Origin: Deferrisomatales bacterium
Lineage (GTDB): Bacteria > Desulfobacterota > Deferrisomatia > Deferrisomatales > JARGFW01
Direction of reading: 5' to 3'
Assembly: GCA_029211085.1 (NCBI GenBank)
Contig: JARGFW010000003.1
Coordinates: 15,938-79,937, forward strand
DNA: 64,000 nt
In this document: piece after piece, positions 45,607 through 54,337 of the stretch
Layout of the letters: every line of letters starts with the position of its first letter
Position numbering within the stretch: the stretch's first letter is position 1
Notes under the pieces: model-generated
What the model was told of the DNA's origin: nothing
The model's database searches: none
Seen by the model: only the letters and a program-made list of their open reading frames with translations
Translations under genes and position numbers: made by a program

Positions 45607-46241
45607 GCAAACCCGCCGGGGTACAAATCCGTTTCTGGATCTTGTTCTTGGGCGCGCTGCTGGTCCTGGTGGACCTCACCGCGCTTACCGGCAGCCTGCT
45701 GGTCACCCGCTCCATCCGCGTGGTATCCGATCGCGCCGCACCGGTGGCAGCCACCACCGCGGCGATCCGCCAGGAGATCATGGCAGCCCAGAACGAGCTG
45801 TTCCGTTACCTGGCCGAACTGTCCGACGACACCAGCCGCGCGGTGGCGCGCATCGACACCCTGGTCCGCCATGTGGACGCTACCCGGTCTCTCGACGTGA
45901 GCACCGAGGTGCTGGCCGAACTGGACACCATCCAGGCCAGCACGAGCCGCTACCGCAAGGTTCTCGCACTGCTGCCCGGCACAGTGGCGGGGGCACGGGA
46001 CTGGGCGCGGCTGCAGGAGTACAGCGAAACCGCGATCCGCTTGGGGCTGGAGATAGAGCAGCGGGTGGGGCAGCTGGCCGACCAGGCCCAGCAGGAAATC
46101 CTGTCCAAGAACCGCGACGCCACCCGGGTGGCCACCGCTGCGATGTGGGGCTCGGTGGGCGTGCTCAGCGTAAGCCTTCTGGCGCTGATGTCCCTGCGCC
46201 ACTGGTGGAAGCGGTTCGAGGAAACCCTGCTGGGATTCTAG
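45603..46241 (+). CDS. Membrane protein: two TM helices flanking a helical (4-helix-bundle-sensor-like) periplasmic segment
   Basis: The start at GTG 45603 overlaps the upstream TGA (GTGA). One TM helix lies at the N-terminus (FWILFLGALLVLVDL) and one near the C-terminus (AAMWGSVGVLSVSLLALM). Confidence 0.6.
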   Translation: MSKPAGVQIRFWILFLGALLVLVDLTALTGSLLVTRSIRVVSDRAAPVAATTAAIRQEIMAAQNELFRYLAELSDDTSRAVARIDTLVRHVDATRSLDVSTEVLAELDTIQASTSRYRKVLALLPGTVAGARDWARLQEYSETAIRLGLEIEQRVGQLADQAQQEILSKNRDATRVATAAMWGSVGVLSVSLLALMSLRHWWKRFEETLLGF

Positions 46242-46984
46242 TGGCCCTGGCTCCTGTGCTGATCGAGCAGAGCGGAGGCTCCTACCGGGTGAGCCGTGAC
46301 GGCGAACTGTTGCTGGTGGTCCCGCAGGCGCTGTTCGATACCTACACCCAGGATAGCGTGTTCCCCCCCTCTTGGCCGGACGCCACCGGCGACGCCCATC
46401 CGGTGCGGCGTCTCTACTGGAACCCCGAAAACCGGCAGTTCCTGATGGCCGGGCTGGAGCGCCACCCGGCCCGGGTGGTGGAGGGTCACGGCCTCACCGC
46501 GTACCGCTCGTTTCTGCAGGGGTTCTGGCTGCCGGAGCCGCCGGTGCTGCTCCTGCGGCCGTTCTGGAACCCCCCTGACCCCTACGCCGCGTTCGACCAG
46601 CAGGCCCGGGCCAGGAGCCTCGACCTGCAGTTGCAGTTCCACCGACTCCTGGCACAGATGCGCCCACCCCACGGTTGGGCCACCATTCTCAACGCCACCG
46701 ATGCCTACCTGGAGGCGCTGGGCATCACCTCCGCCGACGGCAGCAGCGACCCGGAAGCGATCCACGAACTGTCCCTGATCCCCCCCCTCGCGGTGGGTCG
46801 TCCCCCAGCGGTGAGACTGCTCGACGCTCTTTCCCAAGAGCACGTGAAGACGGTGTTTCCCCTACTGCGGGACAACGCCCTGTGCGGTCTGCACACCCTG
46901 GGACTGGATGCCCGCCACCGCGCGGAGGCCCTGCTGGAAACATCGGGCACCAACTACCAACCGGGAATCCTGCGCCCCCACTGA
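46241..46984 (+). CDS. Hypothetical protein (247 aa)
   Basis: The start at GTG 46241 shares one nt with the upstream TAG. GC3 is high. I recognise no motif. Confidence 0.5.
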   Translation: MALAPVLIEQSGGSYRVSRDGELLLVVPQALFDTYTQDSVFPPSWPDATGDAHPVRRLYWNPENRQFLMAGLERHPARVVEGHGLTAYRSFLQGFWLPEPPVLLLRPFWNPPDPYAAFDQQARARSLDLQLQFHRLLAQMRPPHGWATILNATDAYLEALGITSADGSSDPEAIHELSLIPPLAVGRPPAVRLLDALSQEHVKTVFPLLRDNALCGLHTLGLDARHRAEALLETSGTNYQPGILRPH

Positions 46985-47105
46985 ACTGCGCCGGCTACCA
47001 AACCGCGGTCCCGGGGCAGCGTTCCGGCGGCAGCGACTTCGACCCACCGGGAAACGGGCTTGCCTGCTGCTGGGAATCCGCCGCACGCCGCGCCCGGAGG
47101 CGTCG

Positions 47106-47972
47106 TCAGGGCGCCGGCCCAGCCGCGTCCCGCACGGTACCCGCGGCGAGCACCGTGAACGGCGCCCCCTGGCCGGGTCCCTCGGACGTTACCTGGACAG
47201 TGAACGGTCCACCCAGGGGAACCGAGGTGGCGAGCCGCACCGATGGGCCGAAACGGGCGTCCAGCACCAGGACCGTCAGGTCGCCGTCGCCGGCTCCGGT
47301 CACGGTACCGGCAACGGCGCCAGGGCTGGCCAGCACCCGCACGGTGAGACGGGCGTCGGGGCGGGTGTCCAGGGTGAGGTCGGTGAGCAGGAACTCGGTC
47401 CCCTTGGGCGGTGCGAAACTGCGCCGCTGGACACTCTGCTTCGCCTCGAACACGCCGGCGAACGCGAACGCTGCGTAGCGCGGCGGGGGCGGAGCGACCA
47501 CGGGCGGGGCGGGGGGCGAGTTCTCGACCCACACCCGCAGGAGTTGGTCGACGCTGACCGCCACAGGACCGTCCAGGGTCAGGGTTGGCGGCGCTGGAGG
47601 GTTGACCAGTTCCACGGGTAATGGTCCCGAGAGCCGCAGCCCCACCTCGCCCTGCACCGCCAGGGGCTGGTCCAGGCTCCCGCCCACCACCTGGACGTCC
47701 TGGACCGGTGGCTGGTTCACCACCTCCACCAGGCCGGTGATCGGCTCGGTCAAGTGCACCGGTGCGGAGACAGCCTCCCCCGGGCTGCGGATCGGGTATT
47801 CCTGGGCCCACGCGGCCCCGGCCCCGAGGGCCGCCAAGAGCGCCGGCGCCAGCCGCAGCCATGGCGCCGTTACCCCCCGACGTGAGCCCACAAATGGCCG
47901 CCACCGGCCCCTTGACCGGCCGCCGGACCCACTGGTAGCGTACCTCTCTGCAGGACATCCACCTTGGTTCAT
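47106..47972 (-). CDS. Secreted hypothetical protein
   Basis: It lies in ORF 47106..47999. The signal-like segment is RRGVTAPWLRLAPALLAALGAGAAWAQE. The start is uncertain: ATG 47972 or GTG about 47891. Confidence 0.5.
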   Translation of the reverse strand: MNQGGCPAERYATSGSGGRSRGRWRPFVGSRRGVTAPWLRLAPALLAALGAGAAWAQEYPIRSPGEAVSAPVHLTEPITGLVEVVNQPPVQDVQVVGGSLDQPLAVQGEVGLRLSGPLPVELVNPPAPPTLTLDGPVAVSVDQLLRVWVENSPPAPPVVAPPPPRYAAFAFAGVFEAKQSVQRRSFAPPKGTEFLLTDLTLDTRPDARLTVRVLASPGAVAGTVTGAGDGDLTVLVLDARFGPSVRLATSVPLGGPFTVQVTSEGPGQGAPFTVLAAGTVRDAAGPAP

Positions 47973-47997
47973 TTTTTCTGCCCCTGGAGGAAGGAAC

Positions 47998-48216
47998 ATG
48001 GCCCACTGGAACGACTATCCCACCCGGTACGTGGGAGACGCAAACCCTAACCGCCCCAGACACGTCCACGATCTCGCCAACGAAAAGGACAGCTGCGCGC
48101 TGCACGCCGTGGAGTGGGCCAACAACGCCGTGCCGTTCGCCACCAAACAGGCCGCGACCACCGCCGGTTATGCCCCCTGCCTGTTCTGCATGCCCTACGA
48201 CAAGGGCGCCAGCTGA
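47998..48216 (+). CDS. Small protein (72 aa) with Ada-type Zn-binding-like C-terminal motif (tentative)
   Basis: The start is ATG 47998, with GGAGGAAGGA upstream. The C-terminus FATKQAATTAGYAPCLFCMP resembles the ...G(F/Y)RPCKRC.P motif of the Ada metal-binding domain. Confidence 0.45.
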   Translation: MAHWNDYPTRYVGDANPNRPRHVHDLANEKDSCALHAVEWANNAVPFATKQAATTAGYAPCLFCMPYDKGAS

Positions 48217-48251
48217 CCCCCCCGCAGGCTCATCCAGCCAGGAGACCAGCC

Positions 48252-48803
48252 ATCGACCGCACCGTCCTCAAGGGCTATTACCTGGCCGCGATGCCCCAGC
48301 TGAAGGATCCCAACTTCGAGCAGACCGTGGTACTGCTGTGCGAACACAGTGCGGACGGAGCCCTGGGGGTGGTGGTGAACCGGCCCACCCCGTTCTTGTT
48401 GGGGCAGATCTACGAGGGTCAGCAAGTGGAGGGCACGGGCAGCGCGGAACAGCCGATCCTCTACGGCGGTCCGGTGCAGCCCGAGATGGGGTTCGTTCTC
48501 TACGAGGGTGGCGAGTACGAGGGTTCCGCGGAAGTGGTGCGCGGCCTGCGACTGAGCACCTCCATGGACGTACTGCGCGATATTGCCGCCGGAAAGGGAC
48601 CGGAGCGGTTCCTGTTCGCCCTGGGTTACGCCGGCTGGGCCCCGGACCAACTGGAACAAGAGATCGCCCGCAACGACTGGCTGGTGGTGCCCGCCGACCC
48701 CGAGCTGCTGTTTCGCGTACCCCCCGGCGAGCTGTGGACCGCAGCGGTGCGCAGTCTCGGCATCGATCCCGGCCTGTTGACCCAGGACTTCGGCACCGCC
48801 TGA
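48252..48803 (+). CDS. yqgE: YqgE/AlgH-family (UPF0301) protein
   Basis: It is collinear with E. coli YqgE: LAAMPQLKDPNFEQTVVLLCEH..GALGVVVNRP; GGPV; LGYAGWAPDQLEQEI..N.WL. There is no ATG, GTG or TTG upstream of the conserved N-terminus. The only plausible start is ATC 48252, 7 nt after AGGAGA. Otherwise Met 48291 would truncate the conserved segment. Confidence 0.75.
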   Translation: MDRTVLKGYYLAAMPQLKDPNFEQTVVLLCEHSADGALGVVVNRPTPFLLGQIYEGQQVEGTGSAEQPILYGGPVQPEMGFVLYEGGEYEGSAEVVRGLRLSTSMDVLRDIAAGKGPERFLFALGYAGWAPDQLEQEIARNDWLVVPADPELLFRVPPGELWTAAVRSLGIDPGLLTQDFGTA

Positions 48804-48836
48804 GCGTCTCCCCCAGGATCCCAGCCCCCCCCCTGT

Positions 48837-50021
48837 TCAGTCCACCAGTTGGATCACCAGCTCCTGACCGGGCCGGATGATGCTGCGGGCGTTCAGGCGG
48901 TTCCACTGCAGCAGGGAGTGCAGAGAAACGCTGTGGCGGCTGGCGATGGCGCTCAGGGTGTCGCCCCGGCGCACGGCGTAGTAGACCTTTTGGGGTTCCG
49001 GGTTGGCGGCCTCCCAACGGGCCAGTTCCCCGTCGAAGCTCCCGACGTTGGCGGTCGGCACCTGGACGCGGTAGGTACCGCGGGGCAGCGGCGCCCCCAA
49101 CAGCCAGGGGTTGAGGCGGCGCAGTTCTCGATACGGAACCCCGGCAGCGCCGGCCACCGCCGCCACGGGAAGCTCCCGGCGTCGCACTCGAAACTCGTGC
49201 ACCACCACGTCCAGCGGGGCGTACAGGCGGGCCCCCGGCACCCGGATGCCGTACTGCTCGGGGTTTTCAATCACCAGTTTCGCCGCGAGCATCCGGAACA
49301 CGTAGCGCTCGGTCTCCCGGGGCAGCACCAGATCGTAGTAATCGATGTGCTGCTGCTCCTCCATGGCGTTGCTCACCCGTTGGCGGCCGGCGTTGTACGC
49401 CGCCAGGGCCGCGGGCCAGGAGTCGAAGGACTCCCGCAGGGCACTGAGGTAGTCCAGGGCCGCGGAGGTGGCCTTATCCCAGTCGCGGCGCTCGTCCGCC
49501 CAGGCGCTATGTTCCAGTCCCATCTCACGGCCGGTACCGCCCATGAACTGCCAGGGGCCCACTGCGCCGGCGGAGCTGCGGGCGCTGGCCCGCAGGTTGC
49601 TCTCCACCAGAGCGACGTACTTGAGATCTTGGGGCAGCCCGCGCCGCTCCAGCTCGGCCTCTATCCCGGGAAAATAGCGGGGCAGGCGCTTGAACCAGAG
49701 GGTGGTGGCCACGGGATTGCCCAGGATGACCGCCAACTCCAGGTCCAAGCGCTCCGCCACGTCCGGCCTCTCCAGGGGCACCGGCTCCCCGCAGAACTCC
49801 ATCCGTTCGGGCACCTGGATGCTCAGCAGGTGGTTGATGGTGGCGGCCTCGAGCAGGGGCACGACAGAGGCAGCGGGCCGCGGCGTCTCCGGGGGGGGCG
49901 CCGCTTCCCCGACAGCGGCCATCGGGGGAACACCTCCGGAGTCGCTGTCAGCGGCCGGGATGGTGGCGGACACTCCGGGAAGAGCCAATCCGAGGAGAAA
50001 CAGTAACAGGGGCAGTCGCAT
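48837..50021 (-). CDS. Lytic murein transglycosylase (SLT domain) with C-terminal LysM domain (MltD-like)
   Basis: It lies in ORF 48837..50069, starting at ATG 50021 (MRLPLLLFLLGLALPGVSA). The SLT blocks are VALVESNL, GPWQFM, AAYNAG. The LysM domain is YYAVRRGDTLSAIASRHSVSLHSLLQWN. Confidence 0.85.
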   Translation of the reverse strand: MRLPLLLFLLGLALPGVSATIPAADSDSGGVPPMAAVGEAAPPPETPRPAASVVPLLEAATINHLLSIQVPERMEFCGEPVPLERPDVAERLDLELAVILGNPVATTLWFKRLPRYFPGIEAELERRGLPQDLKYVALVESNLRASARSSAGAVGPWQFMGGTGREMGLEHSAWADERRDWDKATSAALDYLSALRESFDSWPAALAAYNAGRQRVSNAMEEQQHIDYYDLVLPRETERYVFRMLAAKLVIENPEQYGIRVPGARLYAPLDVVVHEFRVRRRELPVAAVAGAAGVPYRELRRLNPWLLGAPLPRGTYRVQVPTANVGSFDGELARWEAANPEPQKVYYAVRRGDTLSAIASRHSVSLHSLLQWNRLNARSIIRPGQELVIQLVD

Positions 50022-50240
50022 GGGTTCATCTCGCTTTGCGGGGGCCAGTCCAGCCCGGGGGGAACTCATCCTCCCGGCGCCCCCCGCCGGAGTGCGGCGC
50101 CGCGCGGGGGATCACCGTTCACATCGTCCCGTTTCCCCGTAGACTTGACCGCTCTGGTATGCCACGCCTCCAGTATCCCGGCCGCCGGCCCGGTTGTCCA
50201 GGGGAGGAACCGCCACGGGGCAGTTGCCCATCGCCGCAGA

Positions 50241-50282
50241 GTGCGGGCAGGGGGGGGCCGATCGACAAGGGATGCGGCCACC
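50241..50282. repeat. Conserved intergenic motif, copy B
   Basis: The sequence is gtgcgggcagggggggggccgatcgacaagggatgcggccacc. It matches 34927-34967. The flanks are able to pair (GCGGGCAGG / CCTCCCCGC), and direct GCAGTTGCC repeats lie on both sides. Confidence 0.6.
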
Positions 50283-50361
50283 TCCCCGCTGCAGTTGCCA
50301 CCCCGGGTGCAAGCCGGTCGAGGGGATTACCCGGTACCCCGCAAGGCGCCGCTTGAGCCCC

Positions 50362-53163
50362 ATGGCCAATGGGCCGCATAATCAAAGCCCTCCCATGGAC
50401 ACCCCTCCCCTGCGCATCTTTGGTGCCCGGCAGAACAACCTGACCGGCTTCGACCTGGTGATCCCCCACGACCGGCTGGTGGTGGTCACCGGTGTGTCCG
50501 GCTCCGGGAAATCCAGTCTGGCGTTCGACACCGTTTACGCGGAAGGCCAGTGGCGCTTCCTGGAATCCCTGCCGTCCTACACCCGGCTGCTGTTGGAGAA
50601 GGTGGCGCGCCCCCGGGTGGACTCCCTGGAGAACGTGCGGCCGGCCGTCGCCCTGCAGCAACACAACGCGGTGCGCAGCGCCCGTTCCACGGTGGGCACC
50701 GCAACCGAGCTGTACGACCTGTTCCGGGTGCTGTTCGCCCGGGCCGGACGCTGGGTCTGTCCGACCTGCCGGGAGGCGGTACGGGCCTGGACCCCGGGGG
50801 CCGCGGCCGCCGACGCCCTGCGCCGCTGCGCCGGAGCGACGGTATCGGTAGAGGTGCCGGTGGCGGACCTGGACCCACCGGCGGCCACAGACTGGCCGGC
50901 CGACCTGGCCGCCCGGGGATACGCCCGGGTCGCGTTCGACGGCGAACTGCGGCGCCTGGACTCGGGGGACCTCCCCGCTGAACTGCCCCCCAACGCCACC
51001 CTGGTGCTGGACCGTGTGCGCCTAACTGAGGAGCGCAACCCTCGCCTGGAGACCGCAGTGGCCGAAGCGTTCCGCATGGCGGCGGCGTGGATCGTGGTAC
51101 GCCCCGACGGGGGGAGCGAACCGCTGCGCTACCCCACCGACCGGCGCTGCCGACAGTGCGGTACCGAGGCGCCCCAGCTGCGCCCCGTGCTGTTCAGCTT
51201 CAACCACCCCCTGGGGGCGTGCCCCGGGTGCAACGGCTTCGGCGCCAACCTGGAGGGGGACGAAGCCAAGATCGTTCCAGCCCCCTGGTTGAGCCTGGCC
51301 GAAGGCGCGGTGCACCCGTGGCAGACCCCCGCCAACGCCTGGTGGCAGGAGCAACTGGAGGCCCACGCCGCGGACCACGGCATCCCCCTGGACGTGCCGT
51401 GGTGCGACCTGCCCCCCGCGGCACGCCGCACGGTGTGGTCCGGAGCCGACGGGCTGGAGGGGGTGGAGGGGTTCCTGCGTTACCTGGAGTCCAAGCGCTA
51501 CAAGATGCACGTGCGGGTGTTCCTGGCCCGCTACCGGACCCCCCGGCGCTGCACGGAGTGCGGCGGTGCCCGACTGCGTGCAGGGGTGCGCCAGGTGCTG
51601 GTTGACGGACGCTCCATCGACCAGGTGGCGGCCCAGGACCTGGGTTCCCTGGCCACCTGGGTGCGCGGCCTGTCCGCCACCCTCGGGGACGGCGTCCGGG
51701 AGATCCTGTGGCGCCTCGAGACGCGCCTCGATACTCTGCTGCGCCTGGGGCTGCACTACCTCACCATGGATCGCGCGACCCGCACCCTGAGCGGCGGAGA
51801 GGCCCAGCGGGCGGCCCTGGCCCTGCAACTGCAGAACCACCTGACCGGGACCCTCTACGTCCTGGACGAGCCCACCGTGGGCCTGCACCCCCGGGACGTG
51901 GACGTACTGGCCGGAGTCATCGAAGAACTTACCAGCCGCGGCAACACGGTGCTGGCGGTGGAGCACGACCTGGCCCTGGTCCGCCGCGCCGACCACTGTG
52001 TGGAGATGGGCCCCGGCGGCGGCCGCGACGGCGGGCGGGTGCTGTTCGCCGGCTCCCCGGCGGAACTGGCAGCCAGCGACACCCCCACCGGCCGACAGTT
52101 GCGCCCCCGTCCCGCCCGCCCGTTGACCGCCGCCCCCACACCGGGCTCGGGCCGGCTGCGTCTGCGGGGCTGCAGCCTTCACAATCTTCAAGACCTGGAC
52201 GTGAGCTTCCCCCTGCACACCATGACCTGCGTCACGGGGGTGTCCGGCTCGGGCAAGACCAGTCTGGTCGGTGGCACCCTGCTGCCTGCGGTGGAGTCCC
52301 GGGGCCGGCGCGGCCCGTTCGCCGCCGCCGAGGCGGTGGACGGCGGCCGCTTCCCGAAAGCCGTTCTCGCCGTGGACCAGTCCCCCATGGGCCGCACCCC
52401 GCGCTCCATTCCGCTCACCTATATCGGTGCCTACGACGCGGTGCGCGGCTGTTTCGCCACACTGGAGGCGAGCCGCCGCCTGGGCCTCGGCGCCCGCCAC
52501 TTCTCGTTCAATGTGGCCGGGGGCCGCTGCGAACGCTGCGACGGCAGCGGCTACGAGAAGCTGGAGATGCTGTTCTTCGAGGACCTGTACGTGCCCTGCG
52601 AGACCTGCGCCGGCCGCCGTTTCCGCCCGGAGGTGTTGTCCGTGCGCTACCGGGGACACACCATCGCCGAGGTGCTGGAACTGAGCGTGGATGGTGCCGC
52701 GGAGCTGTTCGCGGACGAGGACAAGGTGGCCCGCCCCCTGGGCCGGCTGCGGCAGATGGGGCTGGGCTACCTGGTGCTGGGCCAGCCGGCACCCAGCCTC
52801 TCCGGCGGGGAGGCGCAACGACTGAAGATCGCTGCCCAGCTGGTGGGGCGCCCGCCTCGGGACACCCTGTTCCTCCTGGACGAGCCCACCACCGGCCTGC
52901 ACGCCGACGACGTGGAACGACTGCTCGACGTGCTGCGCGAACTGGTGGCGGCGGGCAACACCGTGGTGGCGGTGGAACACCATCTGGAGTTGGTGTCCCG
53001 CTGCGACTGGGTGTTGGATCTGGGCCCTGAAGGCGGCACCGGGGGGGGACGGCTGGTGGACTGCGGCCCCCCGGGTGAGATCGCTGCCCGATCCCTGGGC
53101 GCCACCGGGCAGTACCTGGCCCGGCACCTGGGCCTGGCCCCGCTGGGGAGGAGGTCCCGGTGA
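50362..53163 (+). CDS. uvrA: Excinuclease ABC subunit A family protein (UvrA or UvrA paralogue)
   Basis: It lies in ORF 50194..53163, starting at ATG 50362 or ATG 50395 (MDTPPLRIFGARQNNL). Both ABC modules are present (GVSGSGKSSLAFDT, LSGGEAQR twice). The Zn modules are CPTC and CRQCG...CPGCNG, plus CERCDGSG...CETCAG. Confidence 0.9.
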   Translation: MANGPHNQSPPMDTPPLRIFGARQNNLTGFDLVIPHDRLVVVTGVSGSGKSSLAFDTVYAEGQWRFLESLPSYTRLLLEKVARPRVDSLENVRPAVALQQHNAVRSARSTVGTATELYDLFRVLFARAGRWVCPTCREAVRAWTPGAAAADALRRCAGATVSVEVPVADLDPPAATDWPADLAARGYARVAFDGELRRLDSGDLPAELPPNATLVLDRVRLTEERNPRLETAVAEAFRMAAAWIVVRPDGGSEPLRYPTDRRCRQCGTEAPQLRPVLFSFNHPLGACPGCNGFGANLEGDEAKIVPAPWLSLAEGAVHPWQTPANAWWQEQLEAHAADHGIPLDVPWCDLPPAARRTVWSGADGLEGVEGFLRYLESKRYKMHVRVFLARYRTPRRCTECGGARLRAGVRQVLVDGRSIDQVAAQDLGSLATWVRGLSATLGDGVREILWRLETRLDTLLRLGLHYLTMDRATRTLSGGEAQRAALALQLQNHLTGTLYVLDEPTVGLHPRDVDVLAGVIEELTSRGNTVLAVEHDLALVRRADHCVEMGPGGGRDGGRVLFAGSPAELAASDTPTGRQLRPRPARPLTAAPTPGSGRLRLRGCSLHNLQDLDVSFPLHTMTCVTGVSGSGKTSLVGGTLLPAVESRGRRGPFAAAEAVDGGRFPKAVLAVDQSPMGRTPRSIPLTYIGAYDAVRGCFATLEASRRLGLGARHFSFNVAGGRCERCDGSGYEKLEMLFFEDLYVPCETCAGRRFRPEVLSVRYRGHTIAEVLELSVDGAAELFADEDKVARPLGRLRQMGLGYLVLGQPAPSLSGGEAQRLKIAAQLVGRPPRDTLFLLDEPTTGLHADDVERLLDVLRELVAAGNTVVAVEHHLELVSRCDWVLDLGPEGGTGGGRLVDCGPPGEIAARSLGATGQYLARHLGLAPLGRRSR

Positions 53164-53639
53164 GTGGCGCCGCGCCCAGGGGCGGTCTGCACGTGATACT
53201 GGTGGAACCCGAGATTCCCCCCAACACCGGCAACATCGCCCGTCTGTGCGCCGCCACCCGAACTGCCCTGCACCTGGTGCACCCCCTGGGATTTTCGGTG
53301 GATGACCGACACCTGCGGCGCGCCGGCCTCGACTACTGGCCCCATGTGACTGTGCACCACCACGACAACCTGGCGACCGCCCTGGCGGCCAGCGGCGACG
53401 GCCCGGTGTGCCTGTTCTCGGCCCGCCACGGTGCCCCCTACGATCAGGCCCCCTATCGCCCCGGCACCCGACTGGTGTTCGGGCCGGAAACCCGCGGACT
53501 GCCGGCTGCGCTGCTGGAGCAGAACCCACATCAGTGCTACCGCATCCCGATCTGGGGGGAGGTGCGCAGCCTCAACCTCTCGGCGGCGGCGGCGGTGGTG
53601 GTGTACGAGGGGTACCGCCAGATCGGCGGCTGCTGGTAG
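53160..53639 (+). CDS. trmL: tRNA (cytidine/uridine-2'-O)-methyltransferase TrmL (SpoU/TrmH family)
   Basis: The start at GTG 53160 overlaps the uvrA TGA (GTGA). Matching blocks are VEPEIPPNTGNIARLC, LVFGPETRGL, IPIWGEVRSLNLS. Confidence 0.9.
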   Translation: MSGAAPRGGLHVILVEPEIPPNTGNIARLCAATRTALHLVHPLGFSVDDRHLRRAGLDYWPHVTVHHHDNLATALAASGDGPVCLFSARHGAPYDQAPYRPGTRLVFGPETRGLPAALLEQNPHQCYRIPIWGEVRSLNLSAAAAVVVYEGYRQIGGCW

Positions 53640-53831
53640 GGGTCACACGGTTCCGAACTGGGGAGCCGACCCGTGGGTGCCTGCGTGGAGTCCGGGGCGG
53701 GTTGCGCCGATCCCTGCACCCCGAACGTCCCACCCCGGCATGCCCGACAGGACAACATGGCAGCGGCGCGGCGGCGAACACGGCGTCCGGTCGACGCGGG
53801 GGAGCCGCCCGCACACCGCGCGGGCAGGTCT

Positions 53832-54119
53832 TCAGGCGAGGAGGTCGAGCAACTTTCGGGGATCCAGCCCCTGCTGTACGCTGGCCGCCTCACGGTTGGA
53901 CGCGGCGATCATCTCCCGGGTCTCCCCCGCCACCTGCAGTGCCTCGGCGGCGGTGGTGATGCCGGACTCGGCAAGCTTGCCGGCGGCCCGGCTCAACTCC
54001 ACCCGGTATGCCGCGCCGTCGCCTGCGGCCGTGTTCCGCCCCGGGTCCGGCTTTTCCCCGGTGCTCCCCTGCGGGAAAACTCGCTCCGAGATGGGAAGGG
54101 GTACGTTGCCGATCTTCAT
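53832..54119 (-). CDS. Small hypothetical protein (95 aa)
   Basis: It lies in ORF 53832..54173, starting at ATG 54119 (MKIGNVPLP), with AAGGAGAG upstream. It shows a faint FlgM-like flavour (VELSRAAGKLAES), too weak for a family call. Confidence 0.5.
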   Translation of the reverse strand: MKIGNVPLPISERVFPQGSTGEKPDPGRNTAAGDGAAYRVELSRAAGKLAESGITTAAEALQVAGETREMIAASNREAASVQQGLDPRKLLDLLA

Positions 54120-54337
54120 CGCCGTCTCTCCTTGAACCGCCCTGCTGCTGCGGCCTTGCGGGCTTGCCTTCACCCTTGTCTGATTTCACCGATCCGTTGG
54201 TGAAATCAGACTACGCGACGCATTGCGCGACGTCAACCGCCGGGGAACGGGAATATAGGAACTGCGTCAGGAGTTGCGGCGATCGCCCGCCCCATCGGGA
54301 CGGAGAGCGGGGTTTTCGCGCCCCTCGCAGGAGGCTC

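Noticed and set aside
51022-53529. An 835-aa minus-strand ORF. Similar long antisense ORFs lie at 19792-21411, 13136-14641, 10784-11500, 21786-23111 and 23275-24354.
   Set aside because: Each lies opposite a gene with unambiguous motifs (uvrA, copA, the ABC genes, the SiR-like gene, the PLP enzyme gene). Each has Arg/Gly/Pro/His-rich composition. They are stop-codon-poor antisense frames of GC-rich coding DNA.
53832-54119. Calling the 95-aa protein an FlgM anti-sigma factor.
   Set aside because: Only a short, weak resemblance (VELSRAAGKLAES) is present. The C-terminal sigma-28-binding helix pattern is not recognisable, and no flagellar genes are nearby.
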